Made by a program: the position numbers and the translations under genes
Shown: in pieces, positions 1 through 9,970 of the stretch
Layout: the number at the start of each line of letters is the position of its first letter
How positions within the stretch are numbered: the stretch's first letter is position 1
Notes under the pieces: generated by a model
The model's input: only the letters and a program-made list of their open reading frames with translations
The model's database searches: none
Told to the model about the DNA's origin: nothing
Assembly: GCA_037968695.1 (NCBI GenBank)
Contig: JBBKWA010000157.1
Coordinates: forward strand, 3,590-67,589
Direction of reading: 5' to 3'
Origin: Saprospiraceae bacterium
Lineage (GTDB): Bacteria > Bacteroidota > Bacteroidia > Chitinophagales > Saprospiraceae
DNA: 64,000 nt

Positions 1-939
1 GATGAGTACGATTACAATTATGTTCTGATACTTTCCGGTGATCAGTTATATCAAATGGATCTGGAAGCTTTTCTAACACAACATCTGGAAAAAGATTCAG
101 AACTGACCATTGCCACCATTCCTGTGATTGCAGAAGAAGCAACCGGATTTGGGATCATGAAAGTCAATCAAACGAACGAAATTGAACGGTTTACAGAAAA
201 GCCTGATGAAAGTGTACTCGAAGAATGGAAATCTGATGTCCCTGAAATTTATGCTTCCGCAAAAAAACATTTTCTGGCATCGATGGGGATTTATTTATTT
301 AAAAAGGAATCCTTAAAACAGCTGTTTGAGCTCAATCCGAACGAAGTGGATTTCGGAAAAGGCATCATTCCTTTTGCCATCACCAATCTCTACAAAGTAC
401 ACAGCTATGCATATGATGGCTACTGGACTGATATAGGAACAATCCGATCTTTTTTTGAAGCTAATATCGAGTTAGCCTTACCCTTACCGAGGTTTAATCT
501 TTACGATGATCTTAATCAGGTTTTCACTCGATCCCGGATGCTCTCACCTTCCAAACTATTAGGCACCAAATGTACGCATGTGCTACTTGGAGACGGCTGC
601 ATCATCAATGCCAAAGAAATCAGTCAATCGGTCATCGGTATCCGCTCAAGGATTGGCAAGGGGTCGGTGGTCAGACACGTCATCATGATGGGTATGGATC
701 AATATGAAAATCCTGAATTCTTACTTAAACAGGATATTACGCCAAAAGGAATTGGCGAAAACTGCCATATTGAAAATGCAATTATCGATATCAACTGTCG
801 AATAGGTAATAATGTTATCATTAAAGGAAGCACAAACTTAGCAGATACAGAAACAGAGACTTATGTCATTGTCAATGGTATCATCGTGCTTAAAAAATCA
901 GTCCTTATCCCATCGGGATCTAAAATTGGGGATGTATAA
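1..939 (+). CDS. glgC: glucose-1-phosphate adenylyltransferase, C-terminal ~310 aa (5' end lies outside the window)
   Basis: Frame 1 is open from base 1 (DEYDYNYVLILSGDQLYQMD precedes the first ATG at 55). FTEKP, GYWTDIGT and the C-terminal hexapeptide-like segments (VIGIRSRIGKGSVV, IENAIIDINCRIGNNVII) are typical of GlgC. Confidence 0.85.
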   Translation, partial: DEYDYNYVLILSGDQLYQMDLEAFLTQHLEKDSELTIATIPVIAEEATGFGIMKVNQTNEIERFTEKPDESVLEEWKSDVPEIYASAKKHFLASMGIYLFKKESLKQLFELNPNEVDFGKGIIPFAITNLYKVHSYAYDGYWTDIGTIRSFFEANIELALPLPRFNLYDDLNQVFTRSRMLSPSKLLGTKCTHVLLGDGCIINAKEISQSVIGIRSRIGKGSVVRHVIMMGMDQYENPEFLLKQDITPKGIGENCHIENAIIDINCRIGNNVIIKGSTNLADTETETYVIVNGIIVLKKSVLIPSGSKIGDV

Positions 940-975
940 GCCCTTAATGCTTAGTTTTACGGTCTTATCATAACT

Positions 976-1773
976 ATGAAGCACATTCTTGTTCCAGTAG
1001 ACCTCTCCAAAAATTCGAAGGAGGCTTTAAGATATGCTATTCATATCGCTCTAAAATATGGAGCTGCGATTACGATTGTGCATTTCTATAGCTTGCTACT
1101 CAAAGCCGTAATCCACACGACTAAAGATGGCTATATCGAAAAAAGCCCGGATAAATGGATTCAGAAACGAATCAAGAAAATATCGGCGAAACACCCTCAG
1201 CTTCAACTATCCCATAAAATACTGAAAGGAGATGCCGTAGTCAGCATGCAGAGTGTCGCTAAATCAATTGACGCCGATCTGTTGATCATGGGATGCCAGG
1301 GTGTCCGTGAAAACAGTAAAATATTTCTTGGATCCACAGCAGGAGGCATTTTGATGACTTCTAAAATACCGCTGATCCTGATTCCCCCGAGATACAAATA
1401 CACCGGCATACAGCATATCGTGGTAGCCGCGATATTCAGTCAGGTCCGAGATAATCAAACCCTCGAACCAATGGCACATTTCATTGAAAATTATAAACCG
1501 GAAGTGGATTTATTGCTTTTAGGTGCCGGGAATGAAGAGGACCCACAAAACAGTATCAGTATATTACCACTGATCACCAAAACCGTTCACTTTGAAGATG
1601 AACAACATACTCTAAATGTCACTTCCTATTTGGTGCAGAATCCAACAGATATGCTTGCTATGATAAGACGTAAAAAAGGCTTTTTGGAAAGAACAATCGG
1701 CGCCAAAAGAACCTCAGGAATACGCTTTTCCACCGCCATTCCAGTCCTTGTTCTTGTTGGCGAAAACCTTTGA
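976..1773 (+). CDS. universal stress protein family (tandem Usp-like domains)
   Basis: 265 aa. N-terminal ILVPVDLSKNSKEALRYAI and DLLIMGCQG..GSTAG motifs are typical of UspA-fold proteins, and a second half repeats the pattern. Confidence 0.65.
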   Translation: MKHILVPVDLSKNSKEALRYAIHIALKYGAAITIVHFYSLLLKAVIHTTKDGYIEKSPDKWIQKRIKKISAKHPQLQLSHKILKGDAVVSMQSVAKSIDADLLIMGCQGVRENSKIFLGSTAGGILMTSKIPLILIPPRYKYTGIQHIVVAAIFSQVRDNQTLEPMAHFIENYKPEVDLLLLGAGNEEDPQNSISILPLITKTVHFEDEQHTLNVTSYLVQNPTDMLAMIRRKKGFLERTIGAKRTSGIRFSTAIPVLVLVGENL

Positions 1774-1868
1774 TACATCCCCTACTTAGCCATTCTCGTA
1801 TAAAGGTATTTGGTGCTTAGGGAATACAATATACCTTTGCACCTTCTTAATATCAGGTAAAATATCAT

Positions 1869-3746
1869 ATGGAGCGTAATCACATCATAGGCTTTGTACT
1901 CATTTTCGGGCTTTTATTGGTCTGGACTTTTGTCAATTCGCCCTCAAAAGAAGAGGCGCTGGCGATGCAGCAAAGGCAGGATAGCCTTAATCGCGTTGAA
2001 ATTCTCAAAGATTCCATTACACCCGCAGCCCCCGCAGAAATACCTGTTGAGGATCCAGTGATCGATTCTGCTTCTTTGGCTAATACCTATGGAACATTCG
2101 CTACAGCTGCCACCGGGGAGGGCGAAACAGTTCGTCTTGAAAATCAATACTTTATCATTGATTTCAATTCTAAGGGAGGCAAAATAGCCAATGTAGAGCT
2201 CAAGCAATACAAGAAAGCCCTCATTGACGAGAATAAAAAAGAATACAAAGTCCCCCTTCATTTGTTGGACAACCCAAACAATGTCTGGGATATTGCTATA
2301 CCAACACAACGAGGAGAACTCCATACAGAAAATTTGATTTTCAAGCCTACTATTCAGGGCAAAAAATTGACATTCAGGGCTTTAGGCCAAAATGGCGAAC
2401 AAATTGTGCAGACTTACATGCTCAAGGACAGTCCTTATGAAATTGGCTATTCCTTTAACATAGAAAATGGCTCAGGCTTACTCAGTTCTTCATCTCAAAC
2501 CGCTAAACTTACCTGGGTCAACCATTTGGAGCGTATCGAACGCGCCTCAGCATTCGAGCAATCCATGTCCACGATTTATTTCAAGGAAAATTTGGAATCG
2601 GTTGATTACTGCAATTGCCGGTCTGATGCACAAGAAAATCTTTCTACGCAACCTATTAAGTGGCTATCCCACTCCAATCAATTTTTCAATAGCACCTTGA
2701 TTTCTTCAGAATCTTTCGATGGCGGTCTCTTTGAGACCAAAATGCCAGCTGAGGATGGAGGTGTTCTGAAATCCACTTCTGCTATCGTAGGATTGCCCAT
2801 GCTGCGGGATGGCTCTACCAATGAGATGACGATGTACATCGGCCCAAATGATTTCGAAAATCTACGTCACTACAAAATTGAACTGGAGGACATTATCCCT
2901 TTTGGTCGAAGCATTTTTGGCACCATCAACCGCTGGGTCGTCAGACCAGTCTTCAACTTCCTCATGGGCTTTATAGGAAGCAAGGGGTTGGTGATCTTGC
3001 TCCTGACTTTTTTGATCAAGCTGGCCTTGTCTCCGTTGTCCTATAAGATGCTTCACAGTCAGGCGAAGATGGCCGCATTGAAACCATCGCTTGCCGGACT
3101 AAAGGAAAAATACAAGGATGACCAGCAGAAGCAGCAGATGGAGACGATGAAAGTGTACCGGGAGTATGGGGTCAATCCTTTGGGAGGCTGTTTTCCTGTG
3201 GCCTTGCAGATGCCGGTTTGGTTTGCGCTCTATCGCTTCTTTCCTGCCTCGATTGAATTCCGGCAGGCTTCGTTTTTATGGGCGACTGACTTATCGTCCT
3301 ATGATGTGATAGCCTATCTCCCATGGGATATTCCGTTTTATGGAGCACACATTAGTTTGTTGACGTTATTATGGGCCGCCAGTACTGTAGCCTATACCTA
3401 TTATAATATGCAGAATACAGACATGACAAGTATGAATCCGGCATTGAAGTATATGCAATATTTCATGCCCGTGATGTTCCTTGTATTTTTCAATAGCTAT
3501 GCATCGGGACTTACGCTATATTTGCTTTATTCCAACTTGCTGAATATTGCGCAGACTTTGGGCGCTAAAAAGTTCATCTTTGATGACGAAAAAATCATGT
3601 TACAGCTCAATAAGAATAAAGAGAAACCAAAGAAGAAAGGCGGTTTTGGTGAACGATTGGAAAAAGCAATGAAAGACCAACAAAAAATTGCGGAGGCTAA
3701 AAAGAATGAGGCCAAATCCAATATCGCCAAGAAGAAGAAAAAATAG
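1869..3746 (+). CDS. yidC: membrane protein insertase YidC
   Basis: 625 aa with an N-terminal TM, a large periplasmic domain and a C-terminal insertase core (YREYGVNPLGGCFPVALQMPVWFALY), followed by a Lys-rich tail. Confidence 0.9.
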   Translation: MERNHIIGFVLIFGLLLVWTFVNSPSKEEALAMQQRQDSLNRVEILKDSITPAAPAEIPVEDPVIDSASLANTYGTFATAATGEGETVRLENQYFIIDFNSKGGKIANVELKQYKKALIDENKKEYKVPLHLLDNPNNVWDIAIPTQRGELHTENLIFKPTIQGKKLTFRALGQNGEQIVQTYMLKDSPYEIGYSFNIENGSGLLSSSSQTAKLTWVNHLERIERASAFEQSMSTIYFKENLESVDYCNCRSDAQENLSTQPIKWLSHSNQFFNSTLISSESFDGGLFETKMPAEDGGVLKSTSAIVGLPMLRDGSTNEMTMYIGPNDFENLRHYKIELEDIIPFGRSIFGTINRWVVRPVFNFLMGFIGSKGLVILLLTFLIKLALSPLSYKMLHSQAKMAALKPSLAGLKEKYKDDQQKQQMETMKVYREYGVNPLGGCFPVALQMPVWFALYRFFPASIEFRQASFLWATDLSSYDVIAYLPWDIPFYGAHISLLTLLWAASTVAYTYYNMQNTDMTSMNPALKYMQYFMPVMFLVFFNSYASGLTLYLLYSNLLNIAQTLGAKKFIFDDEKIMLQLNKNKEKPKKKGGFGERLEKAMKDQQKIAEAKKNEAKSNIAKKKKK

Positions 3747-3776
3747 TATTTCCAAAACACAATCGATCGTTAAAAA

Positions 3777-4835
3777 ATGACTGAAAGCCAGACAAATCAG
3801 AAGGCTCCTGTAGGTGTTGTTGGCGCCGGTAGTTTTGGCTTGACCGTAGCGCATTTACTTTCCGAAAACAATGATGTGCTTTTATTTGCGCGTGACCCTA
3901 AGGTGGTCAGTCAGATTAATGAAACGCATGTCTTATCCAATGTCAAGCTTTCTAAGCGCATCAAAGCTATTTCCTCTTATGAGCAGCTCGCGCAAACTTG
4001 TGAAGTCATCTTCCCGGTCATACCATCAGATGATTTTCGGCGCATGATGAAAATGCTGGGCCCTTTACTTTCCCCAAGACATATACTCATACATGGAACA
4101 AAAGGATTGGATACTGAGAAAGTCAGTGATGTCATGGCTTTCACCGGAACATTATCAAGAAATGATGTCTTTACGATGTCTGAAGTCATCCGGCAGGAAA
4201 GCAACGTACTCCGCATAGGCTGTCTGTCCGGTCCCAATCTAAGTAAGGAAATCCTGGAAGGCCAACCGACTGCCACCGTCATCGCCAGTGAATACGAAGA
4301 AGTTGAACTTATAGGAAAAGAGCTTTTATCAAGCAAGAAGATTTTTGTTTTTGGCTCTAAAGATATTCTTGGTGCAGAATTAGCCGGGGCATTTAAAAAC
4401 ATCATCGCTGTTGGATCCGGATACCTTAGTGGAAAAGGATTGGGTAAAAATGTGCAAGGTATATTTATCACCAGAGGTTTGCATGAGATAGCGCACTTTG
4501 GTGGTATGCTGGGCGCAGACAAAGCAGCTTTCTTAGGCACTGCCGGCATCGGTGATCTTATCGCTACCGCCACCAGCCCCAACAGTAGAAATTTTAGTTT
4601 TGGCTTTCAGCTTGGCGAAGGAAAAAAATTAATGGATGTGATGGCCTCAACAGAGGAACTTGCTGAAGGTGTTCGTACATTAAAAATCGCTTACCTGCTC
4701 GCAAAAACCGAAAAAACACGTCTTCCGATTATCGAAACACTCTATAAAATCGTTTATGATGAGCTTTCATTCGATTTTGCACTGAACTATCTCATGCGGT
4801 ATCCCTACTCCGCTGATGTTTCCATTCACCTATAG
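3777..4835 (+). CDS. gpsA: NAD(P)H-dependent glycerol-3-phosphate dehydrogenase
   Basis: Rossmann motif VGVVGAGSFG, plus GAFKNIIAVGSG and GIGDLIATATS motifs characteristic of GpsA. Confidence 0.85.
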   Translation: MTESQTNQKAPVGVVGAGSFGLTVAHLLSENNDVLLFARDPKVVSQINETHVLSNVKLSKRIKAISSYEQLAQTCEVIFPVIPSDDFRRMMKMLGPLLSPRHILIHGTKGLDTEKVSDVMAFTGTLSRNDVFTMSEVIRQESNVLRIGCLSGPNLSKEILEGQPTATVIASEYEEVELIGKELLSSKKIFVFGSKDILGAELAGAFKNIIAVGSGYLSGKGLGKNVQGIFITRGLHEIAHFGGMLGADKAAFLGTAGIGDLIATATSPNSRNFSFGFQLGEGKKLMDVMASTEELAEGVRTLKIAYLLAKTEKTRLPIIETLYKIVYDELSFDFALNYLMRYPYSADVSIHL

Positions 4836-4964
4836 GGATCGTGAAATAATATACTTTTTCACCCCTTTCTGTCTAAAATCACGTGTCAGCTGTTCAGATA
4901 TCTTTATTTTGGGGTTCAATACGAGGGTTAGGCTATATTTGAGGCCACATACTGATATGTACTT

Positions 4965-5510
4965 ATGAAGATTTCACAATTATTGGGGCTGGGGCCTAAC
5001 GCTGATCAAAAAAGCATTGATTTTCTGGAAGCAGCCATTGTAAAGGAAACTCAACCTGGGTTTGACTACTTGAAATTCAAGCAGTCGATTGATCAACTGG
5101 CAGGGCTTAAACTGGATGTTCCTACCTCCTTGAAGTCAGCTTTTGCCATTGCTTCCACTATGGGGGTGACGAAAGACTCCCTTTTACAATCAGGTCGTCA
5201 TTATTTGACGATTCTTGGTGAAGAAAAGAAACAGTTTGATCAGGCACTAAACAGCCAGGTGCAACAGCGCATTGATTCAAAAAAAGATGAACTACTTGAA
5301 ATCAAGAAGCAAATAGACCAACATAAAAAGCAAATTGCTAAACTGGAAAAGCAAATTTTAGAATTCGAAGATAAAATAGCACGTTCTGATGAAGAGGTTG
5401 CTGATGCAAAAGCCTCGATTAATCAAACAAAGATTAAATTTGAAAATACTTATCAACAATTTGTGTCCGCTATAGAAAGTGATATGGCGGCGATACAGGA
5501 AAATCTATAA
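4965..5510 (+). CDS. hypothetical coiled-coil protein
   Basis: 181-aa ORF. The C-terminal half is heptad-like and K/E/Q-rich (KKQIDQHKKQIAKLEKQILEFEDKI). It ends 10 nt before the next co-oriented ORF. No family recognised. Confidence 0.5.
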   Translation: MKISQLLGLGPNADQKSIDFLEAAIVKETQPGFDYLKFKQSIDQLAGLKLDVPTSLKSAFAIASTMGVTKDSLLQSGRHYLTILGEEKKQFDQALNSQVQQRIDSKKDELLEIKKQIDQHKKQIAKLEKQILEFEDKIARSDEEVADAKASINQTKIKFENTYQQFVSAIESDMAAIQENL

Positions 5511-5520
5511 ACAACGAAAC

Positions 5521-6543
5521 ATGACAACTCCTCCGCAAGATTTTAGTGGCAACTTATCAAAACCAAAGTCATTTTGGGGACGACCCGAAGGAAAAACAGG
5601 CTTACTCTTTATGTTGGCTATCCTGGCAGGAATCGGTTACGCCGTCGTCACTTTCCTACCACAGATTGTTGCATTTGCTTCGTCTTTGCTTGGTTTGGTC
5701 GTGACGGTTTTGGTGCTTGGCGCCATCATCTATATGGTACTCGATCCAAAGATGCGCACATTGGTAAGCTACATGTATAAAAGTGTAATGCGCAATTTGA
5801 CCAGTTGGTTTATTACGATAGACCCAATCGGTATTTTGAAAAACTATGTGGAAGATCTTCAGGACAACCTGAAAAAGATGGGCATACAAATTGGTATCCT
5901 GCGCGGGCAAATCAGAAAGCTCAAAACCATCCAGGAAGAAAATGCCAACGACATAGATTACAATATGAAACTTGCGCAAAAGGCAAGGGAGCAAGGTGTA
6001 GAAAAACAAATGCTGCTCTCCAGTCGAAAAGCAGCACGTTTAAAAGAGTCCAATGAGAAATACGCAGTGCTCGAAAACAAGATGAATATATTGTATCGCG
6101 TATTGACGAAAATGTATTCCAATTCTGAAATCCTATTAGAGGATACTAAAGACCAGGTCAAATTAAAAGAAGAAGAACGTAAGGCTATCCGTTCCAGCCA
6201 TAGCGCGATGAAATCAGCCATGAGTATCATCTCCGGTAATGCAGACAAACGAGCGATGTTTGATCAAGCTTTGGAAGTGATTGCAGATGATGTCGCCAAT
6301 AAAGTTGGTGAAATGGAACGCTTCATGGAGATGTCCAGCAGCTTTATGGATTCCGTTGATTTGCAAAATGGTGTTTTTGAAGATCAGGGAATGCAAATGC
6401 TCGAAGAGTGGGAAAAAAATAGCACATTGCTTCTAATGGGAGGTGTTGAGAATGAAAAACTCGACCTTAATGCCCCACAGAAAGAAAGGTTGTCAAGACC
6501 AAAATCAGGTTCAAGCGAGTATGATAATTTGTTTGAATCATAG
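5521..6543 (+). CDS. hypothetical membrane-anchored coiled-coil protein (PspA/IM30-like composition, unverified)
   Basis: I prefer the ATG at 5521 (MTTPPQDF) over the track start at 5479, which overlaps the upstream ORF. It has two predicted TM helices (LLFMLAILAGIGYAVVTF, LLGLVVTVLVLGAIIYMVL) followed by ~250 aa of long helical, coiled-coil sequence. Confidence 0.55.
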   Translation: MTTPPQDFSGNLSKPKSFWGRPEGKTGLLFMLAILAGIGYAVVTFLPQIVAFASSLLGLVVTVLVLGAIIYMVLDPKMRTLVSYMYKSVMRNLTSWFITIDPIGILKNYVEDLQDNLKKMGIQIGILRGQIRKLKTIQEENANDIDYNMKLAQKAREQGVEKQMLLSSRKAARLKESNEKYAVLENKMNILYRVLTKMYSNSEILLEDTKDQVKLKEEERKAIRSSHSAMKSAMSIISGNADKRAMFDQALEVIADDVANKVGEMERFMEMSSSFMDSVDLQNGVFEDQGMQMLEEWEKNSTLLLMGGVENEKLDLNAPQKERLSRPKSGSSEYDNLFES

Positions 6544-6739
6544 TTTAACCCTTACTTTTGCCACTAAATCAGTCCTTCGATAGGAATACCTGACGATCTT
6601 GAGGATAATGTCTTTAATGTTATTTAAAGTGCGCTTGATCAATTGATTGAATTACTTCATTCATTCATAAGATAATGACATTAGCGTACGTTTATGACTG
6701 TATTGGGATTAAAAAAAAGGTAAAGAATTCAAATCTTTT

Positions 6740-6747
6740 TACTTTTG
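6740..6747 (+). promoter_or_regulatory. candidate Bacteroidota -7 promoter element TACTTTTG (TAnnTTTG) upstream of topA
   Basis: Exact TAnnTTTG match 45 nt upstream of the topA ATG. A second TACTTTTG lies at about 6553. Confidence 0.35.
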
Positions 6748-6791
6748 CCCCCTTATTGTTTATGAAGACAACCTACACCTAACACATTATT

Positions 6792-9323
6792 ATGTCAAAA
6801 AATCTGTTGATCGTTGAGTCCCCTGCCAAGGCGAAGACCATCGAAAAATTTCTGGGCAAAGACTTTAAAGTCAAGTCCAGCTATGGGCATATACGTGATT
6901 TGGAAAAGGGAAACAATGCGATCGACGTAGAAAATGACTTCGAACCAAAGTATATTGTTTCCCCTGAAAAGAAGAAAACAGTAAAGGAGCTTAAGGAGTT
7001 TGCGAAAAAAGCTGAAGTGATTTGGCTCGCGACTGACGAAGACCGCGAAGGAGAAGCCATCTCATGGCATTTGTGTGAAGTACTCGGACTCGATCCAGCT
7101 AAAACAAAGCGGATTGTCTTTAGAGAAATTACAAAACCTGCCATACAAAAGGCTATTGAAGCACCAAGGACTGTAGATATCAATGTGGTCAATGCACAAC
7201 AAGCCCGACGTATCCTCGATCGTTTAGTTGGTTTTGAATTGTCCGAAACATTATGGCGTAAAGTGAAAGGAAAACTATCTGCAGGTAGGGTTCAATCCGT
7301 TGCTGTTCGATTAGTGGCTGACAAGGAAAGAGAGATCACTGCTTTTACAGCAGAAGCTTTTTTTAAAGTGCAAGCCACCTTCAAAGTAAAAGATGACAGC
7401 GGAAAGGTATATGAATTTAAAGCCGAATTGCCTTCGAAGGTAGATACCAAACCGGCAGCGAGAAAATGGATTGATGCTTGTGTTGGCGCCTCATTTAATG
7501 TGGATAATATTGATGTCAAACCGGCCACGAGAAAGCCTGCTCCTCCATTTATAACATCAACCTTACAACAGGAAGCCAGTCGCAAACTTGGTTTTAATGT
7601 AAAACGCACGATGTCCGCCGCTCAGAAACTATATGAGTCCGGGTATATTAGTTATATGCGAACCGATAGTACCAGCCTGAGTGAAACAGCTCAAAAGGGA
7701 ATACTGGAGCAGATCACAAAAGAGTTTGGCAAAGAATACGCCATGCCAAGAAAATATGCTGCCAAGTCAGCGAATGCACAAGAGGCCCACGAGGCGATTC
7801 GCCCGACGTATCCGGAGAATGACACAATCACTGACAGTGATCGCGATAAAGTGCGCCTATATGATCTAATATGGAAAAGAGCTGTGGCTTCTCAAATGGC
7901 CGATGCCAAATTAGAACGCACTACGGTTAACATCGGTGTTTCTGCACACAAAGGAGAATTTTTCGTTGCAAAAGGGGAAGTGATTAAGTTTGATGGATTT
8001 TTAAAACTCTATATTGAAAATCTCGATGACGAACCAGAAGAAGAAGGCGGGACTATTCTGCCTCCGATGAAGGAAGGGCAAGCGCTGGATCTGATCACTA
8101 TGACAGGAACAGAGCGTTATACAAAACCCCCTGCGCGCTATACAGAGGCCGGTCTTGTAAAAAAACTTGAAGAGTTGGGTATTGGCCGACCATCGACTTA
8201 TGCACCGACCATTACAAAAATCATGGAAGAAGATCGGGGATATGTCATTCGCGGTAACCTTCCCGGTGTAGAACGAGCCTACGCCGTCATTACGCTTGCT
8301 AAAGACAAAGTATCTGAAGAAGCAAAAACAGAAATGACTGGGGCCATTTCTAATCGTTTGGTGCCAACGGATATGGGATTGCTGGTTACAGATTTTCTTA
8401 ATGAGCATTTTTCCACGATTATGGACTACAATTTCACCGCGGATATTGAAAAGAAATTCGATATCATCGCGGATGGAAAATTGGTCTGGAATAAAATGAT
8501 CAAGGACTTCTATACCCCATTCCATAAAACAGTTGAAGAGACAAGAGAAAATGCTGAGCGCGCACGTGGCCGAAGAGATCTCGGTGTCGACAAAGAATCA
8601 GGGCATACGATCCTGACACAAATGACGCGCTTCGGGCCGGTTGTTCAAATCGGAACAAGAGAAGAGGTCAGCGAAGATGAAAAACCACGTTTTGCAAATT
8701 TAAATCCTGGTCAATCTATCGAGACAATTACACTCGAAGAAGCGATGGAATTATTCAAACTCCCAAGAACCCTGTCTGAATACAAAGGAGAGGAAGTATT
8801 GATTGGCGCAGGACGATTTGGTCCTTATGTCAAATTCGGAGATCAGTTTATCTCCATGCCTAAAGGCGAAGATCCATTAGAAATTTCTGAAGAACGCGCT
8901 ATTGAAATCATTGAAGCCAAACTTCACGAAGATCGGCCTGTCACCACCTATAAAGGCAAAGATGTCACTAAAGGAAAAGGACGCTTTGGGCCATTCCTCA
9001 AATATGAAGGACTCTTTGTCAATATTCCAAAACGCTTTGATCCGGATACCATATCAAAAGAAGATATGTATGAACTGATCGCTACCAAAGTAGAGAAGGA
9101 AGCCAACCGATACATCCAACAGTGGGACAAAGAGAAAATAACGCTCGAAAATGGTCGATGGGGCCCTTTTATCAGAAAAGGACGAAAGGCCATCAATATC
9201 CCAAAGATTGATGGTGAACGTATGACTTCCGAAGATGCCAAATTGCTAACGCTGGAAGAGGTGCTAGAAATAATCGAAGGAAAAATGCCGGACTCCGTTG
9301 TTAAAAAGGTGGGTAAAGGTTAA
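6792..9323 (+). CDS. topA: DNA topoisomerase I
   Basis: 843 aa. TOPRIM start LLIVESPAKAKTIEKFLG, active-site region SYMRTDST, and three C-terminal GRFGPY / GRFGPF / GRWGPF repeats. Confidence 0.95.
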   Translation: MSKNLLIVESPAKAKTIEKFLGKDFKVKSSYGHIRDLEKGNNAIDVENDFEPKYIVSPEKKKTVKELKEFAKKAEVIWLATDEDREGEAISWHLCEVLGLDPAKTKRIVFREITKPAIQKAIEAPRTVDINVVNAQQARRILDRLVGFELSETLWRKVKGKLSAGRVQSVAVRLVADKEREITAFTAEAFFKVQATFKVKDDSGKVYEFKAELPSKVDTKPAARKWIDACVGASFNVDNIDVKPATRKPAPPFITSTLQQEASRKLGFNVKRTMSAAQKLYESGYISYMRTDSTSLSETAQKGILEQITKEFGKEYAMPRKYAAKSANAQEAHEAIRPTYPENDTITDSDRDKVRLYDLIWKRAVASQMADAKLERTTVNIGVSAHKGEFFVAKGEVIKFDGFLKLYIENLDDEPEEEGGTILPPMKEGQALDLITMTGTERYTKPPARYTEAGLVKKLEELGIGRPSTYAPTITKIMEEDRGYVIRGNLPGVERAYAVITLAKDKVSEEAKTEMTGAISNRLVPTDMGLLVTDFLNEHFSTIMDYNFTADIEKKFDIIADGKLVWNKMIKDFYTPFHKTVEETRENAERARGRRDLGVDKESGHTILTQMTRFGPVVQIGTREEVSEDEKPRFANLNPGQSIETITLEEAMELFKLPRTLSEYKGEEVLIGAGRFGPYVKFGDQFISMPKGEDPLEISEERAIEIIEAKLHEDRPVTTYKGKDVTKGKGRFGPFLKYEGLFVNIPKRFDPDTISKEDMYELIATKVEKEANRYIQQWDKEKITLENGRWGPFIRKGRKAINIPKIDGERMTSEDAKLLTLEEVLEIIEGKMPDSVVKKVGKG

Positions 9324-9970
9324 TTATCTTCTGTAGGCTCTTTCATCAACGGCAGACTTACACCTGGTGTCTTGTCCGCAAAATAATCATGAAGATGATC
9401 ACCAATGGTGACAAGTTGCAATGCTTGTTCTGCATCGAGCACAACATTATTAATATACACTACCATTAAATAATTCATTCCTTCAAGACTGTAAAACCCC
9501 TGTTGGTCAAAAAACCGAATCATATCCGGGTGATCAAAATGATAGCGGATATATTCTTCGTCCTTCCCCTGCAACAAGTAATTCTGACTAAACGCAGGAT
9601 ACTCTATAAAATCAATATCCTGCATGCCAAAATAGGAGCCTATACGATGGTACCATTTTTCCGGCACCATTGTAAAGTGGGGCAAAGCAAGTGATTTTGA
9701 ATATCGAAAATATACTGTCTGGCGAAATGTTGAACTTGACTTGCCTGTTGAAATCGTATAGGAATAATCAAACAAAGCACTTAATTCCAATTCCTCTTTT
9801 TTATTGACTAGCAAAGGCGTGATTTTCTTATTCCCCCCTTTCTTGAAAAGATGAAAATCGAGCAACCACTTGATCATACCATAGTCATCCTTTTCCTTTA
9901 GCTCCCAAGGTAGTGCGCTGGCACATTTTGCAAATTGCTTCTGTCGATCATTAATCCTGTATCTCGCCAT
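9320..9970 (-). CDS. hypothetical protein (last gene of the surE-lpxB string)
   Basis: 216-aa ORF whose ATG overlaps the lpxB stop by 1 nt (TAATG). No family recognised. Confidence 0.5.
   Translation of the reverse strand: MARYRINDRQKQFAKCASALPWELKEKDDYGMIKWLLDFHLFKKGGNKKITPLLVNKKEELELSALFDYSYTISTGKSSSTFRQTVYFRYSKSLALPHFTMVPEKWYHRIGSYFGMQDIDFIEYPAFSQNYLLQGKDEEYIRYHFDHPDMIRFFDQQGFYSLEGMNYLMVVYINNVVLDAEQALQLVTIGDHLHDYFADKTPGVSLPLMKEPTEDN

Noticed and set aside
3977-4582. 201-aa minus-strand ORF inside gpsA
   Set aside because: It is antisense to a strongly supported gene, with a Pro/Ser/Ala-rich low-information translation and no start context. It is a typical shadow ORF. The same reasoning applies to 1203-1479, 1944-2324, 5656-6009, 6881-7192, 7292-7609, 8001-8525 and 8948-9241, and to the many short antisense ORFs in smc, the protease, the TonB-dependent receptors, mutS2 and gdh.
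5479-5520. Track start at 5479 for the membrane-anchored coiled-coil protein
   Set aside because: It overlaps the upstream ORF by 32 nt and adds a basic, unconserved-looking peptide (MIWRRYRKIYKQRN). The ATG at 5521 leaves a 10-nt spacer.
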